Below, piece by piece: positions 10,035 to 21,126 of a stretch of 64,000 nucleotides of DNA. Numbering within the stretch: the first letter of the stretch is position 1; each line of letters opens with the position of its first letter. The translations under genes and the position numbers were made by a program. The stretch comes from a virus (Duplodnaviria > Caudoviricetes). The DNA lies in IMG/VR virus record IMGVR_UViG_2875555210_000001. One strand, 5' to 3'. The notes under the pieces were generated by a model. That model did not search any database, was not told the origin of the DNA, and saw nothing but the letters and a program-made list of their open reading frames with translations.

Positions 10035-11831
10035 TTAGTTGTCCTGAATCACCCAATTGTCTACCTGCCCCCCATTAACGCCACTAACGCGCTGAATCTG
10101 AATCTGGAAATACCGGAACTGGACACCCTTATCTAGCAAGTTGCCACTGTCGGTCCACGACAGCCCGATAGGCTGATCGTTAAGCAGAACGTTGTACGTC
10201 TTAGATGCCGGGTCATACGTAAACGTGTACCTACCCGCGTTATTGACCCTGAGCACTTGCGCGCGCACCGTCACCGTCGTGCCGATCAAAGTCTGAATAG
10301 ACACACCAGTAGTGCCAATTGCCAGCACCGCAGACACGTTGTTATTGCGACCACCAGCGCACATGAAATACACCTGGCCCGTACCGCCAAGGTTTGAAAC
10401 CTCAGCCGTTAGCTTGAACTTGTCCGTAGCCAACGGATGGATATACAAAGCCTGCTGGAAACCGTTAGTCGTCCCGCCGTACGTCAGCTTGTTAGCCGCA
10501 ATGACTAGATCGCCGTTATCCGTCTTGCTGTGGTTCCACAAGTAGCCCAGCTCAGGACGGTTAAAGTCATCTGCCCACGTCCGAGCCTCAGGGATATCGG
10601 ACTCCTCAGCCGCCAGCATCAGCCACGGCGTAATACCCGACGTGGAGATAATCGCAGCCGCCTCCGCAGCCGTGTAGGTCGTCTTATTCGTGTCCGTCGC
10701 GCTCGTGGTCTCCCACTGAATCTCCGGAACACCAGTGCCCCACGCAAGGCCACGCAAACGCGGCACGACGTTAGGGCTCGACGTGTTCTTAATCCGCAGC
10801 AGGTACCGCTCGCCCCGGCGCGCAACGATCCGGAAGTCCGTCCACTGCAACACCAGAAGCTTGCTTGAACCGGTGATGTTCGCCGAAATGTCCGTCTGCG
10901 TCAGCCGTTCCAAGCTGCCGCCCGGCTGCTCCCGGTAGACCTCGAAATAGACCGTCCCGGCAGGAACCGGCGTCGTGTCCGAGAAGATCACCATGCCGAA
11001 CTTGGAGAACACCGTATCCTCAGCCGCCGTGACGAACCCGCCCAAGCTGCCGTTCTGCTCACACGCCCAAAACGGCGCGATAGCGTAAGCGTCATCAGTC
11101 GACCCACGAATCTCATGCGAGTGCGCAGTGCCCGCCGTAGCAGGCCCCACCGTCTCCGCATAGACCGTGAAATCCGAATGCAGGATCGCCGGATACGTCA
11201 CCGCCGAAATCGGGTAAGCCGACGCCCACGCGGGTTGCCGCTGCACCGAACTCGTAGACGAAATCGTTAGGTTCTGCTGAACAATCTGATCAGTCTCAAC
11301 ACCCTCGCGGTAACCCGTAAGGATCGACACCAGATCAGCAATCCCAGCACCCACCAACGGGATACCCCGAATAGCGCCAATGATGCCTTCGATAACCGCC
11401 TGGATCGTGCTGTTAATGCCGTTAAGCGCACTCTGTAGGCCCGACACAAGCGTCTGCGGGATAGACCCGATCACCGACGCCGCGTTGTTCCACAGATCGT
11501 CCACCAGGTCAGCCAGCCAGCCCAACGCGTTACCAACGTCGGTCACGACGCCCGTAATGAAGCTCGAAAGCGTGGCTAACGTCCCATTGGCAGCGCCAGT
11601 GATGGCCTGAATGATCTGCTCAAGGAAATTGCTTAGCGTCTGAAAGCCGCCCATGATCGTGTTAAAGAAAAACGTCATGGCCGGAGACAGCGGATTACCC
11701 GCGTCCTGAATCGCCGCCCGGTGCTCAGCTTCTACGTTAGCCTGCGTCCGCTGCGCGAGCGCAGTGACCGTGTTCTGAACTACATACTTCGGGTCGTCTA
11801 GACCAGCATTACCACTAGGTAGACCCGCCAT
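10035..11831 (-). CDS. minor tail protein
   Basis: 598 aa; helical N-terminus and beta-sandwich C-terminus (WADDFNR). Confidence 0.8.
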   Translation of the reverse strand: MAGLPSGNAGLDDPKYVVQNTVTALAQRTQANVEAEHRAAIQDAGNPLSPAMTFFFNTIMGGFQTLSNFLEQIIQAITGAANGTLATLSSFITGVVTDVGNALGWLADLVDDLWNNAASVIGSIPQTLVSGLQSALNGINSTIQAVIEGIIGAIRGIPLVGAGIADLVSILTGYREGVETDQIVQQNLTISSTSSVQRQPAWASAYPISAVTYPAILHSDFTVYAETVGPATAGTAHSHEIRGSTDDAYAIAPFWACEQNGSLGGFVTAAEDTVFSKFGMVIFSDTTPVPAGTVYFEVYREQPGGSLERLTQTDISANITGSSKLLVLQWTDFRIVARRGERYLLRIKNTSSPNVVPRLRGLAWGTGVPEIQWETTSATDTNKTTYTAAEAAAIISTSGITPWLMLAAEESDIPEARTWADDFNRPELGYLWNHSKTDNGDLVIAANKLTYGGTTNGFQQALYIHPLATDKFKLTAEVSNLGGTGQVYFMCAGGRNNNVSAVLAIGTTGVSIQTLIGTTVTVRAQVLRVNNAGRYTFTYDPASKTYNVLLNDQPIGLSWTDSGNLLDKGVQFRYFQIQIQRVSGVNGGQVDNWVIQDN

Positions 11832-12312
11832 CGACCGCCTCCGCTTCCGGAGTTACCTCCCGGTCCTCGCGCTCAGCCAAACGGCTCTCCATGCGCGACC
11901 GCGCCTCATTAAGGCGCTCGATCTTGCTAAGCAAGTCCTTAGTCGCTTCCTCAAGCGCTTCCTGGTGCTTCTCGGGAGTCACCGCCGCGACCTTCGCCGC
12001 GATCTGCGGGAACTCCTCAACCGCCATCTGAGCAACATCGTCCAAAATGTCCTCAGGCTTGATATCCGTAGTGCCCCACGCCTCAAAGTTGCGCGTCGGC
12101 CCGGTCCGAGGACTAACCCACTTAGTCTGCTTATCCTCATGCCAACGGAAACCGAAATCCCAAAGCATCTGCGACAAGCCCCCGAAGCACTTAGCGGGAA
12201 TCAAAGGCTGATTCGGGTAACGCTCGCCGCGAGGGTCAGGTACCCCCGCAGCGAACGCCCACGCCGCAAACTGTTCCGGATTTTCCATGTCGCAATCGTT
12301 CTGCGATAGCAT
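11815..12312 (-). CDS. minor tail protein (DUF2744-like)
   Basis: NPEQFAAWAF...SQMLWDFGFRWH motif; synteny. Confidence 0.7.
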   Translation of the reverse strand: MLSQNDCDMENPEQFAAWAFAAGVPDPRGERYPNQPLIPAKCFGGLSQMLWDFGFRWHEDKQTKWVSPRTGPTRNFEAWGTTDIKPEDILDDVAQMAVEEFPQIAAKVAAVTPEKHQEALEEATKDLLSKIERLNEARSRMESRLAEREDREVTPEAEAVDGGST

Positions 12313-12336
12313 TACTTATCTCCCCCTAAGCTGGCG

Positions 12337-14070
12337 TTAACCCTGAACAAGGTGAACGCCAACGTTGTTAATTGCATCTAGGAACTTCTTTGAAAGCCGC
12401 GCCAGCCGCTCGCCGATGCTCATATTCCGCTGCGACTTACCAGCCTTAATGACCCACGCATACGGCTGCCCATCGCCGGAGTTATCCCACTCCGCGACCA
12501 TTTCCTCGACCTGGTTAACCCAAACGATGTCCTGCACGCCCGGCGAATCCACCGTCGTACCAATCCGGTGGCCTACATCGAAATGCAGGCCAGGAATAGC
12601 CCAGGAATCATGCAGCGCCACCAGGTGCGTCGTCTCCGACTTGCCGACCAGGAACCCGCCACGCAGTGCGCTAAGCGCAGCCAGGGACCAAGAGTTATTC
12701 TCGGCACCGGCCTGGTACAGCTCCCAGTAGTGCATCCAGCCAAGCGCGTTAGCTCGCCCAGTGTTCTTCCATTGCAGCCAGGCCGCGATGGTTCCCACCA
12801 GGAACGGCATAATCACGTCCGCCGCGATACTGCCCAAGCCGGAGAACCCAGCCAACAGGAAATAGCCAATGAGCGCGCCAGTCGTCTCAATGATCAGCTT
12901 TGCAATGGCGTCCGCCGCCGGGTTATCACCACCCACAACAACGGATACGTTCTTAGACGGACCCCACGACATATCGGACGACGTAATCGGCGTCCACTCG
13001 CTATCACGGATAACTAGCCACGGCTGCTTAGCGATAGTGCCCAACCAGCCGGACTGGTAATACTCGTCCGGATGCAGAGTCGAGTCCTCCCCGACCTGGT
13101 TAAACACGTCCTCAACGAACCCGCCGCCATACGTGATCAGGGACCGCGCGAAACCGTCAATGACCGTCCCCGATAGGAACGTGCCGTCGAAAGCGTGCGC
13201 GTTAGAGTTATCGACAACCTCGAATACAAGCGCGCCATTCTTAACGCGCGTGCCGTCCGCAATGCCCATCAGGCCGTCTGCGACCTCGCCATCGTCCGTT
13301 AGGACTCGGCGGTAATTCATCGTGAGCTGGCAATCGTCCAGCGCATCAGCGATAACCGCGTCCACCGGATTCATACGTGCAGACAGGAACGTCCACATAG
13401 ACGAGTCGTCCACCAGCCACGGCGAACCCTTGATATGAACCTGCCAATCGGACCAATCAAGAATCTGGTCCCACTCCTCAGGATCAAACGGGTCGTCTGG
13501 CAATTCCCAAAGGTTCCCCTCGACCCTTAGCAGGTTAAGGAGAATAAGCATCGAGATAGCCCACTTACTAGGGCCAGCCAGCATGAACATGCGTGGAAAC
13601 TGAAATACCGGAATCGGCAGGAACGGATTAGGAGGACACAGCAGGTATTGCAAATACGTCAGGTCATCCTGGAACGTCATTTCAAAATACTTTGCGCCGT
13701 CCTCAGTGGTCTTAATGTTCCACTTATCCAGCAACCCAGACCAGCGCTTAGCGCCACCGTAAAAATCAACCGTGATCATTACGTTCTTCTGGTAACGCTC
13801 ATCCTGCGGCAACCGCTTAAGGAACAGAGCGATGTAATGATCGTCTCGAATTTGCAACACGCCCTGCGTGGCCGTGTTGTTCTTAAATGGGAACGAACCC
13901 TTAATGGTGTCCGTAAAGTCGACCCGCCCGACACAGACAGCGCCATGACTATTCTCAGGATCGTTAATCCAAATACGGATTAGCGGGTGCGCCTTCCGCA
14001 TCGACTCGTGCCGACCACGGTAGTAATCGCAAGACTTGTCAATATCCCAAAGGTCACTGTCCTGCCACAT
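12337..14070 (-). CDS. minor tail protein (baseplate hub)
   Basis: 577 aa, second gene after the tape measure; PNPFLP..FQFP motif. Confidence 0.85.
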   Translation of the reverse strand: MWQDSDLWDIDKSCDYYRGRHESMRKAHPLIRIWINDPENSHGAVCVGRVDFTDTIKGSFPFKNNTATQGVLQIRDDHYIALFLKRLPQDERYQKNVMITVDFYGGAKRWSGLLDKWNIKTTEDGAKYFEMTFQDDLTYLQYLLCPPNPFLPIPVFQFPRMFMLAGPSKWAISMLILLNLLRVEGNLWELPDDPFDPEEWDQILDWSDWQVHIKGSPWLVDDSSMWTFLSARMNPVDAVIADALDDCQLTMNYRRVLTDDGEVADGLMGIADGTRVKNGALVFEVVDNSNAHAFDGTFLSGTVIDGFARSLITYGGGFVEDVFNQVGEDSTLHPDEYYQSGWLGTIAKQPWLVIRDSEWTPITSSDMSWGPSKNVSVVVGGDNPAADAIAKLIIETTGALIGYFLLAGFSGLGSIAADVIMPFLVGTIAAWLQWKNTGRANALGWMHYWELYQAGAENNSWSLAALSALRGGFLVGKSETTHLVALHDSWAIPGLHFDVGHRIGTTVDSPGVQDIVWVNQVEEMVAEWDNSGDGQPYAWVIKAGKSQRNMSIGERLARLSKKFLDAINNVGVHLVQG

Positions 14071-14985
14071 TTAGTACCCCGTCCGAATCACATGCGGACG
14101 CGACCACGGACGCGAATACCACTTAGGGACAGTTAGCTTGAAAGCGCCGCCGTTCTCAGAACCCGGCTCAGTCGGCTTAGCCTTGAACCCGACCGGCAGC
14201 TCTCCGCTCTTACCCGGCATCAGCGGGTACAGCAGATCGTTGCCCTTCCACCTGTGCTGAACAGGCGCGTCGTTAGCGGCCACAATCGTCTGGACGCGCG
14301 GGTCTGAATCAACCGTGATGCTCTCGCCCTGCTTAAGCTCAGGCAGCACCAGCGTTCGGCCACGGTCCATTTCGCCGCGCGCAAACATGTCGTTTTCCCA
14401 CGAGAAGTCAGGAATGGTCCACGTACCAGGCGCAGTGAACGTCCACCGCAGCCACACCGGCACATCGCCGTTATTGGCGACAAACACCGTCGTGCGGTCC
14501 GCAAGGTTCGGCGTTTTCCAAATGAAAACGTCCGGCTCGCTCACCCAATACGGGAACTCAGCGACCGTCGTCATCATCACTTCGCAGTCGCCCGTAAGGA
14601 ACGGGTCTTTCGCGCCGTACGCCTTAGGTTCCTCTAGAAGCCGAAGCTTAAGGTTCCTAATGCCATCGGAAGTTTCGACAGTTAGCGTGCATTCCTGGTC
14701 GTAATCCCATGCCCATCGCCAACGGGAATCGACCGTGGCCCACGTATCGGGGTCCCATCCCTCATGCCCAACCTGGACAGAGAAAATGACCTCGCGCCGA
14801 CGCACACGCTTACCGGCGTACTGCTCACCAAAAGGGCCGGGCGTCCACAAAGTCTTAACCGGCGCATCAATAAGATTCTGGACATTCGGGGAAAGGGTTA
14901 CGCCCTCTCGACCCGCGCCAGCGCCCGACAAGCACCAGGTAGAACCATCCCGACCCGTCAAAGTAATCTTGACGTAATCGCTCAC
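14071..14985 (-). CDS. minor tail protein (distal tail-like)
   Basis: First gene after the tape measure; ends WYSRPW. Confidence 0.85.
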   Translation of the reverse strand: MSDYVKITLTGRDGSTWCLSGAGAGREGVTLSPNVQNLIDAPVKTLWTPGPFGEQYAGKRVRRREVIFSVQVGHEGWDPDTWATVDSRWRWAWDYDQECTLTVETSDGIRNLKLRLLEEPKAYGAKDPFLTGDCEVMMTTVAEFPYWVSEPDVFIWKTPNLADRTTVFVANNGDVPVWLRWTFTAPGTWTIPDFSWENDMFARGEMDRGRTLVLPELKQGESITVDSDPRVQTIVAANDAPVQHRWKGNDLLYPLMPGKSGELPVGFKAKPTEPGSENGGAFKLTVPKWYSRPWSRPHVIRTGY

Positions 14986-15073
14986 TATTCAGTTGTCTTT
15001 CTAACGGGAAAGCCCCGCCCGGCCACCGGAGTAGTACCGGCATTCGAGCGGGGCTAACCCGTCGTTAGAGTGT

Positions 15074-18000
15074 TTACTTCATCGGCAGGAATGGAGCCTG
15101 CGTCTGAGCTTCACGCCTCTGCTGACCCTGATAGAACTGGTCATAAGAAGCCGTGTGGATATCGCCGTAGTTGTTAACCACAGCCGGTCCCCCTAGACCG
15201 CCACCCTGAGGCTGCTGAGGAAGCACCGGAGCGCCATACGCGTTAGGTGACGAACCACCAGACAGCGTGCCCACCAGCAAGCTCGACAGAATGTTGACAG
15301 CGCCGCTAGCGACCTGCCCCGCAATCTGCGCGCCAGCCTGAATACCGGCACCAGCCGCACCACCGGCAGCACCAGCTCCCGGCGCAGCCGCACCCGCCGC
15401 GCCAGCGCCCATAGACGCTGCCGTGGCAATCAAGCTGCCCACATGCGTAAACCCTGACTGAATACCCTTGCTCAAGGCAGGGTTGTTGTGGTCAAGGTTC
15501 GTCGGCGCAGCCCCCGCAACAGAACGCGGATCAACGCCCGGCGTAGCACCCTCCGGCGCAGCCGCACCCGGCAACTGCCCGCTCGGCCCGGCGTTAGTGC
15601 CAGACAGCGCGCTACCAAGCCCACCAAGCGCCTGCTCTGCCGTCTCCGTAGGGACAACAGGCTCAACCGGTGGAGGAGGCACAGCCGGATCGGCAGGCGC
15701 ACCATTCGGCGCAGCCGTCGCAACTGGCGGCGGTGGAGCTGGCTGAGGCGTCGGCAACGGCGTCACCGGAGGCAACGGCATACCACCCGGCGCGAAGCCC
15801 GGCAGCATCGACGGATCAATCCGCCCCGAGTTAATAGCCTCAAAGAAGCCCCGACCGTACTTAGCGACCGAATCCGCACGCGTGATGAACTCGCCGTTAC
15901 TAACTCGCGCAAGCATCGAATCTGAGCGGCCCGTACCGGCACCACTCAGGAACCCTCCACTAGCGAAGCCAGGCAACGGGAAGTACGCCCAGTTCGTGAA
16001 CTGCGGATCGTTGTAACCCGAAGCCCCCGACCCAACCGCAATCGGCTTCCCATACGTGCTCGACTCAATGTTCCGGCCATCAGGCAGCGTTGCCGCCGTA
16101 TGCGAAGCATTCCAGCCAATCCGGTAAGTTCCCGGTGGAGCCTGCGACGGATCAGCGATAAGCACGCCACCCTTAGCTGGAATGGCCTGCGCGAACCCGC
16201 CAGTACCACCCGTACGACCCGCGAACGGCTTACCGTTAAGCGCGTCGGCAACGTACATCACCAGACCTGAACAGTCCGTGCCGTCAAGACCCGAACCACC
16301 CCACACGTAAGGCTTACCCGCCATCAACTCAGCCATATTCGACGCACGCTGAGCAGCCGGAGATACCGACCCACTATTGAGCGTTCCGACAAATGGATTC
16401 TGAGCCTGCAAATCGGTCGGGTAACCGTCAATGATCTGCTGAACCTGAGGATCAGCATCACGAGGCTTATTCTGATCGTCCTTACTTCCGGTTAGCCCCG
16501 TAAAGATGCGCTTACCGATATTGAAGTACGTCGGATCAATGCCAAAGAAGCCCAGCACCGCGCTAAGCAGAATCTCACCGATCTGCTCCAAGATGCCTAC
16601 CGGCTGCAACTCCTTAGGTAGACCGGCCAATCCCATCGGGTCATTAGCACTAGGCGTCAGACCTGGATTCGGGACACTGCCCGGCATACCCGCCTGAGGC
16701 GTAAGCCCCGGCAGAGCCAAACCAGCAACAGTCGGCGTCGACCCCGGCGCAGCACCCGTCAAATGCGGGATGCCGTTGCCCGGCCCCGGCGAACCGCCCA
16801 GGCCGTGAGCCGGATACGCAGGCGAACGCGGATCAGTCGGCGGCACATTAGGCCCGCTCGACTCCCCCTTGTCGCCATCGACACCCGGCTTAAGTGGACG
16901 CTGAGTCGCTGACGCTGGCGCAGCACCATACTTGCCGGTAGACGGATCGAAGAGACCAGGATTCGCAAGGTCCGGAATCGGAATGACCGGCTTAGGCAGC
17001 ATGTCCAACGGCGTCGGCGCGTCAAACGCACCAGGCGGCGCAGGCGGAACCGGAGCCAACGGCTTAGGCGCAAACCCACTGATCGGCAACGGAACTGGAT
17101 CAAACGGGCTGCCGACCAGACCGCCACCGTCGAAACCGGGCAGCATGGACGGATCAATCTCGCCCTTGTTGAGAGCGTGAAAGAACTCCTGTCCGTACTT
17201 GGCCACCGAATCGGCCCGAGTGATGAACTCGCCGTTAGACACCCGCGCCAGAATCGAGTCACTACGACCCGTGCCCGGCCCGCTTAGCATTCCACCCGTA
17301 GCCGCCGTAGGCGCAGGCTGCAAGTACATGCCCGCGCGGTCAGCGTCAAGGTGAATCACCGTGCCGTCAGCCAGCTCCTCGAACCGGCCACCGTTCTTAC
17401 GAATGTTCTCAACTAGGTCCGGATGGTTGCGCTGGATATCGCCGAAGCGCATATCGACGCGCACGCCCGCCGCGCCCTGGCCCCCAGGCTCGTAGTACGG
17501 CGAAGGGCTGCCAAGACCCGCGAACGGGTTAGGCGTGCCCGGCTTGAACTGCGCCCGGCCCGTAACCGCCTCGTTGTTCGACCGCACTTCCGCGCCAACC
17601 TGCAACGCATGGTTGGTGTCGTCCATGACGAACCGGCTGATATTCGCGCCCGCACGAGCACGCTGAGACAGACCCGGCGTGTCATCGTTACGCGACCCCG
17701 GCAGCCACGACAACGGATTGTTGTAGCCATACAGCAGATCGCTAAGCGAGAACGAAGCCCCCGACTTCTCAAACAGCTCCCGAGCCTGATTATCACCCGT
17801 AAGCGCCCGAGCCAGAACATCATTGTTGATCTGAGCTTCCGGCTTACGCTGCTTATTCAGCAGGTTAAGGAAATTCGCGTCATCCTCACCAACGAACGAA
17901 GCCAAAGGCTTAGAGTTCAGCTCGTCAAGGATCGCCTTACGCGCCGTCCCGATAACCTGGTCACGTGCAGCCTGATTCGTCGGCGTCAACGCCTGCCCGA

Positions 18001-20179
18001 ACAGCTCCCGGTTAATGTTGAACTCACTCTGAGCCAACCCCGGCAGATCACGCGGCTTAGCATCCGACTCGTTAGGATCAACGAAACCACCAGCCCGGCC
18101 CAACTTCTCAGCCAAACCCTGCTGCGTCAACGACCCCGACAGCGCATCCATTTCGCCGCGCAACCGCGCAACCATGTCCGCGTGGTAAGCAGTCGACTCA
18201 GCGGCCTCCTGCTGCGCATTCACGTACTGGTTGAGCAACAGTGCAGCCACCGCGCTCACGCCCACAGCGATAGGCCCACCAACAGCCATCAAGCTACTGA
18301 AACGCGAAGCCTTACCGTTAGCGCCGGAACTACCGTTACCAAACGCGTTCGACACCAGGTCAAGCGCCTTCGTGAGGCCGTCTATCCCAGTCTTAACGCC
18401 CGTTAGGATCGGCTGGATAGTCCGCCAGCCAAGCCACGCATACAGGATCGTCTGAATTAGCGCCGGATGGTTCTTAAGTAGAGTCGCCGCCGTATTTAGG
18501 AACGGCAACAGCATGTTGGCCCACCGCTGAGCCGCATCCTGAACATTCTTGAGAATGCCCGGAATCTGCTCCAACGTCGGACGCCACTTCTGGAACTCAG
18601 CACGCGCCTCGTAGAAAAAGTCCTTAAGCTTCTTTTGCCCCTCGGCACTCTTAAGGAAATCCGCCAGACGCTTAGTGCCATCGCTAAGCAAGTCAAGTAG
18701 GCCGCGGCCTCCCGTACCGGTGAACGCCTCACTGACAGAGTTCATGATCGAACCGATATTCAGCAGAGTGTTACCCAGATCGGTTAGCGCCTTAAGGCCC
18801 GAGTCGATCCACTTATCAAGACGGCCATCGTCGTCAGCCGCAGACACGAAGTTCTCAAACCGCGTCATCACGTCACCAAAGGCGTCCGCTAGACGTGGCA
18901 GCGAATCAGAGCTAGCCGCCGTTAGGCGCAGCACCCCACCCACCAACGGATCAATAGCCCGAGTGAGTAGGTTCTGCGCGTCCTCCGTGTTACCGAACAG
19001 GCGCTCTAGGAATCCCTGATTCTTGCTATCGCCTAGTGAGGAGATAGCCGCGCGCAGGTTGCCGTTAATGGCCCCTGCAATGCCCGTCAAGCCACGTTCA
19101 AGCAACGGCAGGCCCGTACCCGCCAAGCCCTGGATATCGGACCCCAGATTGGCGAATAGTCGATCCTGCACAGCCATACGTAGGTCCAGCCACGCACCAC
19201 TGAGCGACCGCACCCGATTAACAAAGTCCTGAGCATTCGGAGACAGGTTGCCCATAGCGTCCACGAGCTTTTTGACCGCAGTAGAGCCGTCCGCAGCCTG
19301 CTCAAGCGCCGAAGTCAAACGCTCCGTCGCCGCGACCACCGCGTCACTGCCCTGGACGCCCTTAGCGTTAGCCTCGGCTACGTCCTCTTGTAGTCGCAGA
19401 TTCCGCCGACGAGTCTCCGTAAGCTGGCCCTCAGCCCTGCGAATACCAAGCTGATCCTTCTGCATCTGCCACGCCGACTTGCCAACCTTGTCGTTAGCCT
19501 CGGCCATCGCCTCTTGCAGGTTCATCATCGCTTCGGCTTCATCCAGCGGAGCGTCACGCATCTGCGCGTTCAAATCCTCAAGATTCCGGCGAGCATCCCG
19601 AATGGCGTTATTAAGATCGCGCGTCGAATCCCGCACCGCGCGGTTAGCGTCACGCTGCTGACGCGCAGACTCCACCGCGCTCTGCTGAGCCTGAGACTGC
19701 GCCTTGAACGCGTCCGCCAGGCCACGAGAGCCGACCATCGCCGCCCCGAAAGACGACGCCAAACCGCCAACAATGCCCGGCAGAACCAAAGACGACTGCG
19801 CCAACTGCACGATTGACGTATTCAGCGACCCCAGAATCAAACCGAGCTGCGAAAGCTGCGCCATCCCGGCCACCGCAATGTTCAGGGTCAAACCACGCCG
19901 CGTCTGATCCTTTAGGTCAGTGACCTTCCGCTTAATCGACGTGATCTGGTGCGTAACCTGCTGTTCCTCAATCCGAAGTCGGATCGGGTCACGTTCGGCA
20001 GCCTGCTTAGCCGACTCAATCTCAGCCAGCATTTCAGCGGTCTTTGCCTCAACCTTGACCTCGACAGACTCGCGCACCGTCTGTAGTTGTGTCCGTAGCT
20101 TCTGGTGGAAACTATTGGCACCCTTCCCAAGCGTGGGCACCATAAGTACCCCCGCTTGGGCGGCAATATATTCAGCCAC
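15074..20179 (-). CDS. tape measure protein
   Basis: 1701 aa, Ala/Gly-rich helical; follows the tail chaperones; contains an NlpC/P60-like motif. Confidence 0.95.
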   Translation of the reverse strand: MAEYIAAQAGVLMVPTLGKGANSFHQKLRTQLQTVRESVEVKVEAKTAEMLAEIESAKQAAERDPIRLRIEEQQVTHQITSIKRKVTDLKDQTRRGLTLNIAVAGMAQLSQLGLILGSLNTSIVQLAQSSLVLPGIVGGLASSFGAAMVGSRGLADAFKAQSQAQQSAVESARQQRDANRAVRDSTRDLNNAIRDARRNLEDLNAQMRDAPLDEAEAMMNLQEAMAEANDKVGKSAWQMQKDQLGIRRAEGQLTETRRRNLRLQEDVAEANAKGVQGSDAVVAATERLTSALEQAADGSTAVKKLVDAMGNLSPNAQDFVNRVRSLSGAWLDLRMAVQDRLFANLGSDIQGLAGTGLPLLERGLTGIAGAINGNLRAAISSLGDSKNQGFLERLFGNTEDAQNLLTRAIDPLVGGVLRLTAASSDSLPRLADAFGDVMTRFENFVSAADDDGRLDKWIDSGLKALTDLGNTLLNIGSIMNSVSEAFTGTGGRGLLDLLSDGTKRLADFLKSAEGQKKLKDFFYEARAEFQKWRPTLEQIPGILKNVQDAAQRWANMLLPFLNTAATLLKNHPALIQTILYAWLGWRTIQPILTGVKTGIDGLTKALDLVSNAFGNGSSGANGKASRFSSLMAVGGPIAVGVSAVAALLLNQYVNAQQEAAESTAYHADMVARLRGEMDALSGSLTQQGLAEKLGRAGGFVDPNESDAKPRDLPGLAQSEFNINRELFGQALTPTNQAARDQVIGTARKAILDELNSKPLASFVGEDDANFLNLLNKQRKPEAQINNDVLARALTGDNQARELFEKSGASFSLSDLLYGYNNPLSWLPGSRNDDTPGLSQRARAGANISRFVMDDTNHALQVGAEVRSNNEAVTGRAQFKPGTPNPFAGLGSPSPYYEPGGQGAAGVRVDMRFGDIQRNHPDLVENIRKNGGRFEELADGTVIHLDADRAGMYLQPAPTAATGGMLSGPGTGRSDSILARVSNGEFITRADSVAKYGQEFFHALNKGEIDPSMLPGFDGGGLVGSPFDPVPLPISGFAPKPLAPVPPAPPGAFDAPTPLDMLPKPVIPIPDLANPGLFDPSTGKYGAAPASATQRPLKPGVDGDKGESSGPNVPPTDPRSPAYPAHGLGGSPGPGNGIPHLTGAAPGSTPTVAGLALPGLTPQAGMPGSVPNPGLTPSANDPMGLAGLPKELQPVGILEQIGEILLSAVLGFFGIDPTYFNIGKRIFTGLTGSKDDQNKPRDADPQVQQIIDGYPTDLQAQNPFVGTLNSGSVSPAAQRASNMAELMAGKPYVWGGSGLDGTDCSGLVMYVADALNGKPFAGRTGGTGGFAQAIPAKGGVLIADPSQAPPGTYRIGWNASHTAATLPDGRNIESSTYGKPIAVGSGASGYNDPQFTNWAYFPLPGFASGGFLSGAGTGRSDSMLARVSNGEFITRADSVAKYGRGFFEAINSGRIDPSMLPGFAPGGMPLPPVTPLPTPQPAPPPPVATAAPNGAPADPAVPPPPVEPVVPTETAEQALGGLGSALSGTNAGPSGQLPGAAAPEGATPGVDPRSVAGAAPTNLDHNNPALSKGIQSGFTHVGSLIATAASMGAGAAGAAAPGAGAAGGAAGAGIQAGAQIAGQVASGAVNILSSLLVGTLSGGSSPNAYGAPVLPQQPQGGGLGGPAVVNNYGDIHTASYDQFYQGQQRREAQTQAPFLPMK

Positions 20180-20208
20180 AGTGCCCCCTCTATTAAGTTG
20201 TTATTCAG

Positions 20209-21038
20209 TTATAATTTGACCCACTTAGCCTTAGCCGACTCAACGCCACGCGCCATAGCCGCCTCTAGCCCAGTGTTAACCTTCTGCTCCTTACGGCGCT
20301 TCCGTTCCTTTTCAGCCGGAAGCTCAGGACGCGGATAAGGCTTAAAGTCGTCCGCATTGCGCACCCGACCGGCCTGCACCTGATCGGCGATGTAGAACAA
20401 AGCGTCCAGCTCAGCCGTCCAACCAAACAGCGGCGGCTTACTAGCCTTCCAATCTTCATCCTTAGCGCTAGCTTGCAGCTCAATTACGTCAGGGTCTTGC
20501 AAGTACATTGCCTGCGTGTAAGAGCCACGGATTTGCAGCAGAGTTTCGTAGAACATGATGAACTGATCCCAGTTCCGACGTGACGCATAACGAGCGCCCA
20601 TATCGCTCCCGTACCGCTCCTGGCAATACCCGCACCGGCACGGCGCTGCGAAGTAGTCAAGGGCATTGACGTGCAAGATCGTTTGGAAATCCCAACAGAT
20701 CGCACGCCAATACCGCTCAACAATGTCCGCAGCGTAGATTACTTTCCCGAGTCCTTATCCCCGAAAAAGTGCTCGTTGTACTTAGCCATAAACGCGTTCC
20801 ACACCTGCACAGGCTGAGGATCGAACAGCTCCATAGCGCGGTCATAGTCATCGCCGAAGATGATGCGCTGAGCCTCTTCCTCGGTCGTGGCCTTGATCAG
20901 CGCATTCGCCTGCTTCTTAGTCGGGTTCTTAACAACCAGACCAGGCGCAACAGGCAGCGGATCAGGCACCCGCACCGACGCAATCAGATCAGCAAACACA
21001 GTCCCGACCAGCTCGTCCAGCACCTTGTTTTCTTCCAT
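20209..21038 (-). CDS. tail assembly chaperone, -1 frameshift extended form
   Basis: Slippery GGGAAAG just before the stop; the -1 frame is open (VIYAADIVERYW...) into ORF 20209..20676. Confidence 0.85.
20739..21038 (-). CDS. tail assembly chaperone
   Basis: 99 aa between major tail and tape measure. Confidence 0.9.
   Translation of the reverse strand: MEENKVLDELVGTVFADLIASVRVPDPLPVAPGLVVKNPTKKQANALIKATTEEEAQRIIFGDDYDRAMELFDPQPVQVWNAFMAKYNEHFFGDKDSGK
20742..20748 (-). other. programmed -1 ribosomal frameshift site GGGAAAG
   Basis: Reads TCG GGA AAG TAA; the same heptamer as the lambda G/GT frameshift. Confidence 0.85.
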
Positions 21039-21073
21039 AAGATTCTTTCCCCCTTAGATAATTCAGACAACAA

Positions 21074-21117
21074 AGGGAGAGGGGAGCGAACCTAAGCCCG
21101 CTCCCCTCATTCCCCCC
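21074..21117 (-). terminator. hairpin downstream of major tail gene
   Basis: GAGGGGAGCG...CGCTCCCCTC inverted repeat, followed by T-rich sequence on the minus strand. Confidence 0.6.
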
Positions 21118-21126
21118 AAACTGCGA

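Noticed and set aside
17423-18406. Long antisense ORFs (also 50058..51059, 55950..56846, 33101..33955)
   Set aside because: Shadow ORFs of GC-rich genes on the opposite strand, with no recognisable motifs.
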